Assembly (NCBI GenBank): GCA_035289105.1
Contig: DATDYF010000037.1
Coordinates: forward strand, 6,418-70,417
Direction of reading: 5' to 3'
DNA from: Candidatus Nanoarchaeia archaeon
GTDB lineage: Archaea; Nanobdellota; Nanobdellia; Woesearchaeales; JACQSR01
DNA: 64,000 nt
In this document: in pieces, positions 28,401 to 38,518 of the stretch
How positions within the stretch are numbered: position 1 is the first letter of the stretch
Layout: each line of letters starts with the position of its first letter
Notes under the pieces: model-generated
What the model saw: the letters and a program-made list of their open reading frames with translations, nothing else
The model's database searches: none
What the model was told of the DNA's origin: nothing
Translations under genes and position numbers: made by a program

Positions 28401-31400
28401 TTTACCTGCCCCGGTGCAAATGTAGGTACCTGTCCCATTAATCTATTTCAGGGAACTCCTGGAATTCCAGGTGGAAGCTGTACCTCCACTATTCTTGGTT
28501 CAGCAAGTCCCGATTACATGATAGCAATTGCTTTGGATACATTTAGTGGGCCGCCTAGCCTTTTTGGCACAGCAACCTTTACAGATGCTGAGTGCGGAAC
28601 AGAGATAATTCCTGGCCAGGTTACGATAGTGGCCGTAGGCGGACCCCCTCCAGGTGCGCTTCAGGTGCTTGTCCTGGAAGGTTCAAACCCCCCAGTAAGC
28701 CCGCCAGGTGCAATAGTCCTTGCCTTTGACGCCACTCAGCTTGAGGCCTTTTTGGGAACTGCTGTTCCTTATGATTTGTCTCCCACGCAGATGCAGAATT
28801 TATTTGCAGATTTAGACCTTGGGCCGGGAGCCGGACAATCTGGCTTTATAGGCGGATGTTTCGGCGAACAGGGGCCTTCACCAACAGGTGCAAATGGCAT
28901 GTGTGATTTGTCATTATTCTTCGGAGATCCAACAGGCCCTGTTGTTGTATTGGCATTCTTGAATTTAGATTTTCAGGCGCCAGATCCTAATTTTATTAAG
29001 ACAAGAGGAGTATACATCGATGGGCCGCCGCCCTCTCCAATCACCATCATCTTCCCCGCCCTTAACCTTTTTGTAGAGAGCGTTACTGCTGCCTCGCCAA
29101 TGGTCTCAGTTACTGCAGGGGCAACAGATGACACAATTGCATACCTTACCCTTTTCGATGGAAGTCCATTCGCCGGTGCAATCCGTATTGAAACAAGGGC
29201 AGTTGCCTTAAGGGTAAATGCTCCAATAACGGAAGTATTTGAAGTGCCGGACAGCCCCTCCACAACCGGAGGAAGCCTTCATGCATTCTTTGCGCAGGTT
29301 TCACCGATTAACGACCTCTTCCCGCAGGATAATGTAAAAGCAGAGGTAAGGCCAAGCATCCTGGCATCTGTAACTAGCAGCAGCAGCACAAAATCCAACT
29401 CTGTCCGTGATTTCTCCTTCACAACAAGTGTTGATGATTACGTTCCTTCCGCAGCCGATTCATTGGTTATCATCGTTCCTGATTTCGGCAAGAGCAAAGC
29501 AGATTATAGCGCCATTGCAGAAAAGCTTGCGCAATCAGAAAAACGGGTATTTGTCATTGACCCTGTTGGGTATAAGGGAACAACCAGTACGGTAACCACC
29601 AGCGACCCCCTCTTCAAAGGGAACAACCTCCGAAAATGGAAAGAGAAGGACCGATTATTGCCTATTTCTGCACAGTTGTGCGCTCTTATTCCTCAATTGA
29701 AGGCCGAAACTGGCCTTGCCAGTGCAACAATCATCGGGGATGGCATGGGCGGGGCAATAGTTAACACCCCGGAATTGGTCTGTTCAGCGCAGGCAAATGC
29801 TTTGGTTTCTACGGGGGCTTACTGCAAGCCGGTCACTTTCAGCGAAGGCGGCCCAAAATCCGCTGTTCCGTATTTCAATCTTAAGGACGGAAAAACCCCA
29901 TGTGAACTGCCCCCTTCATCAGTGCCCTCTTTGGTTTTGCAAGGTGATGAAGAGAAGCCGCAGGGGGATTTGTGGTTCTTCAAGTTCAAGAACAAGAAGC
30001 CAGTTACCTACGGCCTTATCCAGGGCGCCCAAGATTCATTCATAACAAACAGTTTCGCCGGAACACCGGAGTTTGATAATGCAGAGATATACATCAAATC
30101 CTTTATCGAAAAGGAGACAGGCGGTGCATATACTCAGTTGGAGAACGACCTTAACTTGAGGCCGGAGCTTGTCCATCTTTTATTGGAAGATGTCAGGGCA
30201 AATGATGATGCGGTAAAGCCCAAAGACACTCTTGTTTCCAATGATGGCTTCAATCTTTTCGCCATTGAAAGCGCAGACTTAAGCAGCACCCCCACAGGAT
30301 GGGCTGTTGGCTCTGTTGTGGATATCGAAGATGTCAAGGACGACTTTGCCAACTTCATGACCAACGCCCTGAAAATCAGCGCAGGCGAAGCAACTCAAAA
30401 GGTATTTGTTAAGGGAAGCTTTGAAAATCCCGATTCAGGCCAGCTTGTTTTGAACTACAAGGTTCTTGCCCCAAGCACCAACCCGGTTGACAGCTCCGCA
30501 AAACTAAGGCTGGACTTCAAAGACATGCAAGGCAACTCGCTTGCCTGCATTGAATTCCATTCCACAAACCTTCCGGTAAGTTCCACATGCAGCTTTGCCA
30601 TTGCGGTCTCCTCAGGAAACGACGGCAGGATACAGGAGATAAGCAACATCCCAGTCTCCGAGATACTAAAGTCTGTTGGGGCCTTCACAACCAAGATATT
30701 CTCAGTTGACATCGAAATCAGTTCTGACAGTCCCTTTTATTATGATGATGTCGAACTCCTGCTTGAAGAAGATGTTTTGGAGGTGAATGAAGCAGACTTT
30801 TTGGATTTAACTTCTCACACAGCCACCTTCACATCGCCAATTATAAACATAAATGCGGGAGAGCAATTAACATCCATCCTGCCCCTGTTCGTGGCAGAAG
30901 ATGGCGCATCAATTACCGCTGATGTTCTTGATGAATTTGATATTCCCATAATTTCAGGAATTGAGCTTAATTCTGCAGCTAATCTTATGGCATTCCACGA
31001 AACGCTCAAGGGGCTGGATTCATTAAAAGTGCGGTTCAACCTTGATCCGGGAGTTACGCTGTACAAATACTATGTTGTTGCCAAGCCTGTTGATGTGTTT
31101 GATACAAACATTAATGGGGTGGAGGTAAACTCGCTCTTGCTTGACGAGCAGGGCTCCCATTCCGATTACAGCGTTGCATTTAACCTGAACAACCCTGGTG
31201 ACTTTGACTTAATTTCAGCCGGGGAAACATTAAGCTCCGATGCCATCTCATTCGGTGTTGGTGAAATCTACAATCGCGTGGTAAAAACGGATAATTCAAT
31301 CACAAGGAGCGATGCTAATAATGGAATCACTGAAACCGATGTTAGTAGCTCATCAGGCACTGTTGATTCATTTATAACCTTGTTTGATTCGAGTGTCGAT

Positions 31401-34400
31401 ACGATAACCCAGGATATTAACTTTGGGGCTGGGTGCCATGTTGAGGTGGATGATGTCGTAATGACATCGGCTTTCACAACCAACAAGCTTATAGATATTG
31501 TATGCCCTAATGAAGAATTTACACTGACGCCCTTTTACGGCGCTTCAAATATAGAGTTGAATGAAGTAAAGGTAGACCCTGTCGATGCTACAAAAGACAC
31601 TGTAGGGGATTTGGACAAGCTGGAGGTAAGGGATGACAGCGCACTTACGAAAACAGCCGGAGAGTCTGTTCTTGAGGAAGGATATGACTTTTCCTTGCTC
31701 CAGGACTTCCTGCAAAATGACATTTATCAGTTCCTCCTGGATAACGGAATAAACGATTCGCTTACCCAGTTTTTCAAAAATCAGCTGGATAAGTCAGCAG
31801 ATGGTGTACTCAAGAGAGACCAGGTTTTAGAAACTGCATTCCTTGGCTTGTTGGGCGGGGATAATAATTTCTCAACAATAATGGATACTGAAGTGCAGTT
31901 CACGGCTACAGGCATCAGGCTTATCACAAGGACACAGGGAAATTCAATATTGTCCAGAACCATTGGCATTTCAAGCTCATTAAACTCAGACAGGTTTTCA
32001 ATAAAGGGGCCTGGATTGGCAGAAGGCAAATGCACCTCAACAAGGGCAATCGTCCTGGAATCTAGCCTGATTACGCCTAAAGGCCTTTCTGTCTCGGATT
32101 GCGTTGATATTTTTGTAAGGGGAGAATCAAAGGACCTGGCACAGGACGTTAACAGCATTGACCAGCTTGCAAAAGAAGCCGTTAGCCCAAGGCTTGATAA
32201 GGAAATGGTTGATACTGTGCTTGATTCAGCCAAAGATAACGTAACGCCCAGGCGCGGCGTTATCTCAATAGGCGGCAGCTTTGACATGAGGGATTCAACA
32301 ATATCCGCCTTGGATGACTTGGGCTTTATTGGAATCTCTGTTGCCGGAAACAGCTTTGTTGAAAACTCTGAAGTTTTGGACTTCCAATACTTTCAAAGTT
32401 CAGCGGGATGCAATTTCATTGGCTCAGTATTTGAAAGCAGCGCAATTGACCTTCTTGAGGAGGAAAATAGGAATGCGGCAGAGAACAGAAACAGCGAACA
32501 GCTGGACTTCGCCAGGCAATTCCACGGCGTTTCATGCTCAAGTGTTGATACCGGGCCTGCCAATGCCTTGGACCAAAGCCCCTCAGGCAATTATAAGCCT
32601 TCAGATGTTGCCACAAGCAGCGTAGCTGAGGCCACGCTGAAGATATTTGAGATGGACGACCCTTGTGTTTTGAGTGTGGCAGAGGGAGGCAGTGTTTGCG
32701 ATAAAGTCCTTGCTGACTTGAATGCAAGGGATGTGCCGATAACCATAAGGTCATTTGGCGAGGCAGCAGACCAGCTTAACTTGGCAGATATTGCATTTAA
32801 CCAGGATCTTACTAATATCAAGGTGTCCGAAATTGGAAAAATCCCAAGTTCATTATCCTCCATTACATTCAAGGGCATACCATTAGACCAGATTATGGCA
32901 ACAGACATTCTTGACGAAATAAACAACAATCAAAAAATTGACGAGGTTAACGCCATAAGGACTAATATAGAAAACACAGGGATAGACAATAACGCTGATG
33001 AATTGCTGACGGAGGGCGAGGAGATAGCGCAGCCCGGCCTGCTCGATGCAAATTTAGCTCCAGTCTCGTACAGCGGCTTAATGGTTGAAACACCGGTAGA
33101 AGACCTTGATGTTTGCCTGTTAAGCCTGCCTGACGGAACCGGCATATGCGATGTCCGCATAGACCAGGACACCATAATTGAGGATTTGGGCATAACCTTG
33201 TGCGGCCTGAAAAGAAATGGAGTCAGCATATGCAATATTATAACTGATGACCTGAATGATAACCCCACTTTAGATACAGTGGGATATGAGGCAGAGTACC
33301 AGGTTTCAAAGAACGGCGATGTTGACGTATCAGAGCTTTCATTGGGGGATTTGGCTATCGGCGACAGGGGCGATTCTGTGCCGTTTACTGCATTGGACAC
33401 CTCAATCAATAATGTAAAGTTCTGTGACCTCCAGCTTGAAGGGGTCTCCGTTTGCAATGTAGTTGCAGGCAAAACAGCTGTGGAGCAGGCAACTGACTTT
33501 ACAGGATTGGATGCCTTCGACATTATTCAGAAGCTGGAAAATATTCCCGACATCAGGGAATCTGATTACACTGGCTCCTTTGATTACCTTATGGAGAATC
33601 TTAACTTCTGCGCAAATTATGCTGGTTATATTGACGCTGAATTAAGGAAAGAGAATAATCTCGATTACCTGAGGGTTGATAAGTCATTTAAGTTCGGAAA
33701 TGTGGCCAAGCTCCACATCGATGGCATGTGCAGTGTTCAGTTGGACCAAACAAGCCTGTGCGATTTGGAAGGAAACGATGTATACGGGCCCGTCATACAA
33801 AATTCAGCGGCCATAAGCGATTCCTGCAATAATGCTGCTGGAGACTTTGGGTCATGCGTAACAAACCTCAAGGAGCTTAATTCATGCCAGCTGACAATAG
33901 GCGGAGTTTCGGTATGCAGCGTGGAGGTTTCAAAAGGGCTCATTAACGACCAAACTGTTTATGCCGGATTTAACATAACCAAGCTGCAAATTAATGGGCT
34001 TTGCGCGCTGGCTTACAAGGGAATAAGCATTTGCGACACTTCAATAGATAAGGTGTTCAACTTTACAGAATCCCAGGGCACGCTTGAAGCAGCTACCGGC
34101 GAAGAATTGATATCTGCGTGCGACCTGACCTTTAACGGCATTAACCTGTGTTCTGGCCATCAATTTGATGATGAGTTCTGCGACCAGGCAAAAATAGACG
34201 GCGTAAGCGTATGCAACAGCAGATGGGACAACAGGCTTGTTGATGATGAACTAATCACCGAAGCTGCGCAGGGCCAGGTATTTAATGATGCCCGAGATGG
34301 AGGAACATTCGGCGATGAGCAAAAACAAAGGCTTCTAAGGCCGAGCGTTTGCGACTTGGAGATAAATGGCACCACATTGTGCGATGCCGTTGCTCTAGTA

Positions 34401-37400
34401 ACATTTACCAACACAGTGCTGCCTGGCGAATCACCTGCAGACTTTGTATTGGACCACACCGTACTTGAGTTTGTTAGTATGGATGAAACCAAGGTTAACC
34501 TTCTATTGATAGAGCTCGGGGAGAAATGCAATGAGCTGTTTATCAATGTAACTGATATCATCAACAAAACAATACCTAACATAGAGCATAAGGGAGTTCC
34601 GCTGTCAGAAATGACTTTATGCGATGATGTTGAAATCAATGGCTTAAGCCTGTGCGATGCCAATTTAGTATTGATAAACGATAGCGACATCCTTGATGTG
34701 GTGCTAAATGGGGATGTTGTAGGCCAGATGGATTTAAGGGCCCTCCTCACAAACCTCGTCTTTGCCTTAACTTATGATGTAGGTGGAGAAACATTCAATG
34801 ATGCGACTGGAACAATAGGGGACATATTGGACCTGAGGGAAGTAAGGCTTGGCTCTTCCAACCTTCTCGATAACGTGCTCCTTTCTTCCAATTCCATAAG
34901 GAATAGCGAAGTTGATGTGCTGACAAGGCTATTTATGGATTACTCAATAGGCACCCTCTCGAAACCGCAAAGGACTCTAACATTCGACAATAAGAAGGCA
35001 ATTGAAGTGTTGGATATAACATTAAACTCTTATGACCAATTCAACCTGGATTGCGCTATAGCGAAGGAGATTCAGAGCAAGGTAGATTTGGAGGGCACTG
35101 AAATTGATTCTCCGATAAGCAAGGTTGAGTTGTGCGATGTGTTTGGCATTCCTACACCCTTAAGCAATGCGCAATTTGGAATCAGCTCCTACTCACCGCC
35201 TATTGGAAGTCTTAAGGAGGGCAGCCTAACGGTTAATCTTAACAGCGTAGAGTTTAGCGATTTCACTCTTGAAACGCTGTATAACCTTACTGAGTTCGAT
35301 TCAGAAACATGTGATATTCACAACAATGAATTTACGGATGCAGCTGTATCAATCAATTGCGAATTAAGCGCAACGGGAAATAACTTCTTTGGCAAGGACC
35401 TTAGCGATGGCGGTGACTTAATCCTTGGGTCGCCTGGCGCATTAGTAGTAGCTGTACCGGATGATGACGATAAAGTTGAAATATCCGGAAACAGGTTTAA
35501 TTTCAACCACATGGGAGGCCCTGGATTGGTGGGCGCAGCAGAAGTTGATGTATCTAAAAACGATTTCGTGGACCCATTGTTTAACGCACAATACATAACT
35601 GATTCCAGGAATTATCTGGAGCAGTTCATTGTAAAAGAGAACCTCGACACTGTAGATATAAACGACAACGTGCTTGTTGATAGAGTTGAAAGCAGGATAA
35701 GCAGGGATGAAGCCAAGGAGCTCGCTAATACCGCTGACAAATACAATCTTGTTGACGACAGGTATGCGGATTTAGCTTCGGATAGGTCAGAAATAGCAGA
35801 GCTTAATAGGGCATTAAGCCAGCTTAATGATATAGACATTGAAAGCATCCAGCTGACAAATGAAATTGCCGATATGTTTGGCATAGATATATCGAGAGTT
35901 GAAACATTGCTTAATAGGGAATTAACACCGATAGATATTTCAAACCTCGATGTGGATAACACCCTAAATATAGAGAGGAATTACTACAGGGGCTTTAACA
36001 GTGTTAGGGCATATTTGCCCGAGCTAATAATCCCGGGAAATCTCAACTTTGCTACAGAGACCTCAGTGTTTATTTATCCAAAGAAGCGCGTATCCTTCGT
36101 TGGCAACGCCATCGTTGACAATCCGCCTATAAAAATAAAATCAAAAGAGGCGATTGACATCTCTAAGGTATTATTGCTGAATAACTTCAGGGCTGGCTGT
36201 GAAATTGATGATGCAGCCGGCATGAGAAACTGCGCCGATGTTGAGTTATCAACCATGGCGGAACCGCCAGAGATTTCAGGTGCAACCGCTGCGTCATTGG
36301 ATAGGGATGAGGATACTGTGCCTAACCATGTTGACAACTGCCCATTCACCCCAAATACTGGCCAGGAAGACACGGACTTTGACACTTTAGGGGATATGTG
36401 CGATAACTGCGATGATTTCAACCCTGACCAGTTTGACAGGGACCTTGATGGGATTGGAGATGTATGTGATAATGATAGGGATGGCGACGGCATTGCCAAT
36501 CCGGCAGATGCCTGCCCAAATGCCTTCGATCCGGGCAATTCAGCGGAAATATGCAGTGGTTGTGTTGATTTGGATGCAGATACATTCTACGCCTTTGATG
36601 CGGATGAATGCACTGGGGGCAATGACTGTGATGACAGCAACGCAGCAGCAAACATCTTTAGATTGGAGGCATGCAATAATCTGGATGACAATTGTAACGG
36701 CCAAACTGACGAATCCGTGCTCCAGAGATGCGGTGCTAGCGATGTAGGAGAATGTACTTTTGGAGTTGAAGCTTGCTCAGCAGGAAGCTACATTGGATGC
36801 ACTGCAATATTGCCCACTGCAGAGGTTTGCGATGGCTTGGATAATGATTGCGATGCAATAGTGGATGAAGGGATTGCTCCACAGCAGTGCGAAGTTACTG
36901 ATGCTGGAGAATGCAGATTTGGATTAAGGAGCTGTGAAGGAGGCGCATTCAGTTCTTGTGTGGGCAACATTGATCCAGTAGCAGAGATATGCGATAGCCT
37001 TGACAATGATTGTGATGGGCAAGCAGATGAAAGCGCTGCAGGCGGAGACCTTACAGAGGTTTGTGGCACAGATGTAGGCGCATGCCAAACTGGCGTGAGA
37101 ACGTGCTCTGCAGGAGGATTTGGAGTATGTGTGGGAGAAATTGCTCCCGTAGGGGAGACATCCTTGGCCTGCAACAACATAGATGATAACTGCAATGGAG
37201 TAATAGACGATGGTTATGATAGGGATGATGATGGCTTTACGAGCTGTGATACGCCAAAACCAGACTGCAACGACAACGATCGGTCAATTAATCCGGATGC
37301 GCCTGAAAGATGCAACGATGGCATAGACAACAACTGTGATGGCAAAGTAGACTTTGGCGATACAGTTAACTGCCCTGCTGCCGATAAGGTATCTGTTGAG

Positions 37401-38453
37401 CTGCACACAATAGACCAGGCAAAAACTAATTATTGCGGTGCAGGAAGGGGCAGCTGCAAGGAGCCGATACAAGGTGCTAGGGTAAAAGTCTTTGACAGGG
37501 ATAACGCTGACTTCCAGAGCGCGTTCACCAAGAATCCAAGCGGCACTTTATACGATGTGGTCTATGAGTCTGACATTGGCTTGATTGGCAGCTGCATTAC
37601 TGACAGCAGCGGCAGTTGCCTTGCAGTGGAGCAAGGTGCTGGCACTTACCTAGTTATAATCAAATATGTAGACGAGGAAACAAACTCAAATATATATGTA
37701 GGCAGGCCAAAGTCCCCATCTGACTTCGTTGATGTGAATGGCGACGGCAAAAGGGATATGGCAACAAAAGAAATACAAATAATTAAAGTCCTCGAAAAGG
37801 GCGGCAGGATTACCTTTAGGGGAGGAAGCAAAATCGTTGTTACAGGCTCAGAATTAGTGGTTATTTCAGCTGATAATGTGATTTGGATGAATGACAGGGA
37901 AGTTTATCCGTTCATATTCACTTCAGATGCTGACTGGACTGTGGATGTCTGCATGCAAATACCTGCGGGCTACCGAATAGAAGGTGTGCTGGATGAGAAT
38001 GGAAACGTAGTAACTACGGCAAATTGCGCGCAAACGTTTGTATCCGGCGAGGCTAAAGTAGTTATTTTCTCAGTAGTTGAAGTAGGCAGTCCGGAGCCTA
38101 ATTTCGGATTCACATTAACTACAAAGCATAATGGAAAAACTCAAACGGCAAAGGGGACAATAAATGGCATAAGGCAAAAAACGAAAACCCAATTGCAAAA
38201 GCAAATATCAACTAAAGTTAAGGCAGCTAAACAGGAAATAGCTAATCGCCAAGCAAAAAGCCAAACAAAAGAGACAGCTTCTCCACTAACCTCCAGAGCA
38301 GTAATCTCCAGGGCAGCAATGAGTTCAGCAACAGCATCAGAGCCTGTTGCGCCAAATGGAAATCTGACTTTCATATTCGCAATTTCTTCTATAGCCCTGC
38401 TTGTGTTATTGCTGGCAGTTATATATATCTACAAGGAAAGGGCAGCAAGATAA
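25419..38453 (+). CDS. Giant secreted cell-surface protein (4344 aa). Contains signal peptide, parallel beta-helix, three CGDGIDND Cys motifs, C-x9-C repeat array, TSP3-like Ca-binding repeats, MopE-like Cys-rich repeats, CarboxypepD_reg-like domain and a C-terminal TM anchor.
   Basis: Single uninterrupted 13035-nt ORF. N-terminal 'KIRILLLVSLITIISAFSASA'. PbH1-like 'ISNNTIYNV/ISNNSLTNV/ISGNSVT'. 'NCGDGIDNDNDGRIDCQDGDC' appears three times. 'DTDFDTLGDMCDNCDDFNPDQFDRDLDGIGDVCDNDRDGDG'. 'CDGLDNDCDAIVDE/CDSLDNDCDGQADE'. 'GARVKVFD..TDSSGSC..GTYLVI'. C-terminus '..LTFIFAISSIALLVLLLAVIYIYKERAAR'. Confidence 0.9.
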   Translation: MWSATMKMARKIRILLLVSLITIISAFSASAADCGNGIKDCECGDTVVADYTFSSDLVCDGSSGPVSGLVVGSDVQLSCAPDVKIECAPGVKDGGSCETGISISASNDISITGCTIIGWDRGVRIGSGSSNINITLNKILHNIQGILVTGAGNNITISYNTVSGNGVESSPGEGGVLGNCGDGIDNDADTQVDCADSECSFDVLCGGPGQGYFGGSIMVLTVHGQDNIQIIGNTINDTFVFENRGAIHIGGSNGNISNLVISNNTIYNVPLFPGISFSFVGIINLTISNNSLTNVGIGLGFGFAAPVENGIISGNSVTCSGLSATLGDIGMMVAGTADVTGNMVNDCDIGIFATFAGLAPGFVPSPISIDANTVTSNFGTGICTDIAFATLENNVISNGIIGIADLLEEFDPGNWQSGITILFNSYAAVQKEICRVRSPLVGGCLQFAEDALAGTVNLDALCGTGEPPFFCPIQFNFIVGGQLYDAPGGVVYVFKESEAQACGIDTSDGVQDYESGLPFGCQAITQTWTCNGIAGGTCSITLGDPGPAGYVAIAFDHPPGSQPPPSVAGAAVFGESLCGGQVDINEFGGETNCGDGIDNDNDGRIDCQDGDCQGSPSCPGCVVTMNWVDENQQPVNAPYGNILLLSYDEINNDCGIDLSQGVTTDIFQVFGNPCITQVQICGLFSGESLSDGQCVSQVNIAAGDQIVAVAIGSFGAEEIQSVQDSCENGLDDDGNNLVDCADPACAPARNCGPSNSLVGGGIFGPQACGGSATIGPLGGPEGCPLTFTAFGENNNPVPDGSYIFTLETAVISTIPYESPQGSGNFILIDPSDGIDFDEWFGLLIAAQNGPPPGLDGGCISPQGQPIPTSGGTCQGSLGELFPGNPNAPHTVVVLYDDFMNPTQIISQNYNFLTCGGQVIIGESGPEVGDCTITYSFVDGQSQPIDAPNGGVVIFSQNALQACVGTFPPPEPGEEDCNAIFNPSDGVMGGEIRCAFTCPGANVGTCPINLFQGTPGIPGGSCTSTILGSASPDYMIAIALDTFSGPPSLFGTATFTDAECGTEIIPGQVTIVAVGGPPPGALQVLVLEGSNPPVSPPGAIVLAFDATQLEAFLGTAVPYDLSPTQMQNLFADLDLGPGAGQSGFIGGCFGEQGPSPTGANGMCDLSLFFGDPTGPVVVLAFLNLDFQAPDPNFIKTRGVYIDGPPPSPITIIFPALNLFVESVTAASPMVSVTAGATDDTIAYLTLFDGSPFAGAIRIETRAVALRVNAPITEVFEVPDSPSTTGGSLHAFFAQVSPINDLFPQDNVKAEVRPSILASVTSSSSTKSNSVRDFSFTTSVDDYVPSAADSLVIIVPDFGKSKADYSAIAEKLAQSEKRVFVIDPVGYKGTTSTVTTSDPLFKGNNLRKWKEKDRLLPISAQLCALIPQLKAETGLASATIIGDGMGGAIVNTPELVCSAQANALVSTGAYCKPVTFSEGGPKSAVPYFNLKDGKTPCELPPSSVPSLVLQGDEEKPQGDLWFFKFKNKKPVTYGLIQGAQDSFITNSFAGTPEFDNAEIYIKSFIEKETGGAYTQLENDLNLRPELVHLLLEDVRANDDAVKPKDTLVSNDGFNLFAIESADLSSTPTGWAVGSVVDIEDVKDDFANFMTNALKISAGEATQKVFVKGSFENPDSGQLVLNYKVLAPSTNPVDSSAKLRLDFKDMQGNSLACIEFHSTNLPVSSTCSFAIAVSSGNDGRIQEISNIPVSEILKSVGAFTTKIFSVDIEISSDSPFYYDDVELLLEEDVLEVNEADFLDLTSHTATFTSPIININAGEQLTSILPLFVAEDGASITADVLDEFDIPIISGIELNSAANLMAFHETLKGLDSLKVRFNLDPGVTLYKYYVVAKPVDVFDTNINGVEVNSLLLDEQGSHSDYSVAFNLNNPGDFDLISAGETLSSDAISFGVGEIYNRVVKTDNSITRSDANNGITETDVSSSSGTVDSFITLFDSSVDTITQDINFGAGCHVEVDDVVMTSAFTTNKLIDIVCPNEEFTLTPFYGASNIELNEVKVDPVDATKDTVGDLDKLEVRDDSALTKTAGESVLEEGYDFSLLQDFLQNDIYQFLLDNGINDSLTQFFKNQLDKSADGVLKRDQVLETAFLGLLGGDNNFSTIMDTEVQFTATGIRLITRTQGNSILSRTIGISSSLNSDRFSIKGPGLAEGKCTSTRAIVLESSLITPKGLSVSDCVDIFVRGESKDLAQDVNSIDQLAKEAVSPRLDKEMVDTVLDSAKDNVTPRRGVISIGGSFDMRDSTISALDDLGFIGISVAGNSFVENSEVLDFQYFQSSAGCNFIGSVFESSAIDLLEEENRNAAENRNSEQLDFARQFHGVSCSSVDTGPANALDQSPSGNYKPSDVATSSVAEATLKIFEMDDPCVLSVAEGGSVCDKVLADLNARDVPITIRSFGEAADQLNLADIAFNQDLTNIKVSEIGKIPSSLSSITFKGIPLDQIMATDILDEINNNQKIDEVNAIRTNIENTGIDNNADELLTEGEEIAQPGLLDANLAPVSYSGLMVETPVEDLDVCLLSLPDGTGICDVRIDQDTIIEDLGITLCGLKRNGVSICNIITDDLNDNPTLDTVGYEAEYQVSKNGDVDVSELSLGDLAIGDRGDSVPFTALDTSINNVKFCDLQLEGVSVCNVVAGKTAVEQATDFTGLDAFDIIQKLENIPDIRESDYTGSFDYLMENLNFCANYAGYIDAELRKENNLDYLRVDKSFKFGNVAKLHIDGMCSVQLDQTSLCDLEGNDVYGPVIQNSAAISDSCNNAAGDFGSCVTNLKELNSCQLTIGGVSVCSVEVSKGLINDQTVYAGFNITKLQINGLCALAYKGISICDTSIDKVFNFTESQGTLEAATGEELISACDLTFNGINLCSGHQFDDEFCDQAKIDGVSVCNSRWDNRLVDDELITEAAQGQVFNDARDGGTFGDEQKQRLLRPSVCDLEINGTTLCDAVALVTFTNTVLPGESPADFVLDHTVLEFVSMDETKVNLLLIELGEKCNELFINVTDIINKTIPNIEHKGVPLSEMTLCDDVEINGLSLCDANLVLINDSDILDVVLNGDVVGQMDLRALLTNLVFALTYDVGGETFNDATGTIGDILDLREVRLGSSNLLDNVLLSSNSIRNSEVDVLTRLFMDYSIGTLSKPQRTLTFDNKKAIEVLDITLNSYDQFNLDCAIAKEIQSKVDLEGTEIDSPISKVELCDVFGIPTPLSNAQFGISSYSPPIGSLKEGSLTVNLNSVEFSDFTLETLYNLTEFDSETCDIHNNEFTDAAVSINCELSATGNNFFGKDLSDGGDLILGSPGALVVAVPDDDDKVEISGNRFNFNHMGGPGLVGAAEVDVSKNDFVDPLFNAQYITDSRNYLEQFIVKENLDTVDINDNVLVDRVESRISRDEAKELANTADKYNLVDDRYADLASDRSEIAELNRALSQLNDIDIESIQLTNEIADMFGIDISRVETLLNRELTPIDISNLDVDNTLNIERNYYRGFNSVRAYLPELIIPGNLNFATETSVFIYPKKRVSFVGNAIVDNPPIKIKSKEAIDISKVLLLNNFRAGCEIDDAAGMRNCADVELSTMAEPPEISGATAASLDRDEDTVPNHVDNCPFTPNTGQEDTDFDTLGDMCDNCDDFNPDQFDRDLDGIGDVCDNDRDGDGIANPADACPNAFDPGNSAEICSGCVDLDADTFYAFDADECTGGNDCDDSNAAANIFRLEACNNLDDNCNGQTDESVLQRCGASDVGECTFGVEACSAGSYIGCTAILPTAEVCDGLDNDCDAIVDEGIAPQQCEVTDAGECRFGLRSCEGGAFSSCVGNIDPVAEICDSLDNDCDGQADESAAGGDLTEVCGTDVGACQTGVRTCSAGGFGVCVGEIAPVGETSLACNNIDDNCNGVIDDGYDRDDDGFTSCDTPKPDCNDNDRSINPDAPERCNDGIDNNCDGKVDFGDTVNCPAADKVSVELHTIDQAKTNYCGAGRGSCKEPIQGARVKVFDRDNADFQSAFTKNPSGTLYDVVYESDIGLIGSCITDSSGSCLAVEQGAGTYLVIIKYVDEETNSNIYVGRPKSPSDFVDVNGDGKRDMATKEIQIIKVLEKGGRITFRGGSKIVVTGSELVVISADNVIWMNDREVYPFIFTSDADWTVDVCMQIPAGYRIEGVLDENGNVVTTANCAQTFVSGEAKVVIFSVVEVGSPEPNFGFTLTTKHNGKTQTAKGTINGIRQKTKTQLQKQISTKVKAAKQEIANRQAKSQTKETASPLTSRAVISRAAMSSATASEPVAPNGNLTFIFAISSIALLVLLLAVIYIYKERAAR
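33108..34670 (+). repeat. Array of about 11 degenerate C-x9-C repeats (consensus C-D-L-x-h-x-G-h-S-h-C-D/N) inside the giant protein
   Basis: VCLLSLPDGTGICD, LCGLKRNGVSICN, FCDLQLEGVSVCN, MCSVQLDQTSLCD, SCQLTIGGVSVCS, LCALAYKGISICD, ACDLTFNGINLCS, FCDQAKIDGVSVCN, VCDLEINGTTLCD, LCDDVEINGLSLCD. Confidence 0.6.
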
Positions 38454-38488
38454 GCATTTTATGCAGCACAATCGATGAATAACAACCC

Positions 38489-38497
38489 TTTTAAATA
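38489..38497 (+). promoter_or_regulatory. TATA box (ttttaaata) about 25 nt upstream of the MMPL gene ATG
   Basis: Supports ATG 38519 rather than TTG 38504 as a leaderless start. Confidence 0.35.
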
Positions 38498-38518
38498 CGC
38501 AGATTGAGACTCTTAGCA

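Noticed and set aside
25568-38374. About 40 minus-strand and off-frame ORFs of 60-200 aa inside the giant gene (for example 27395-27859, 32930-33523, 34160-34750)
   Set aside because: All lie entirely within the single uninterrupted 13-kb plus-strand ORF. They are low-complexity Ser/Pro/Leu-rich and have no motifs. They are shadow ORFs of a long coding region.
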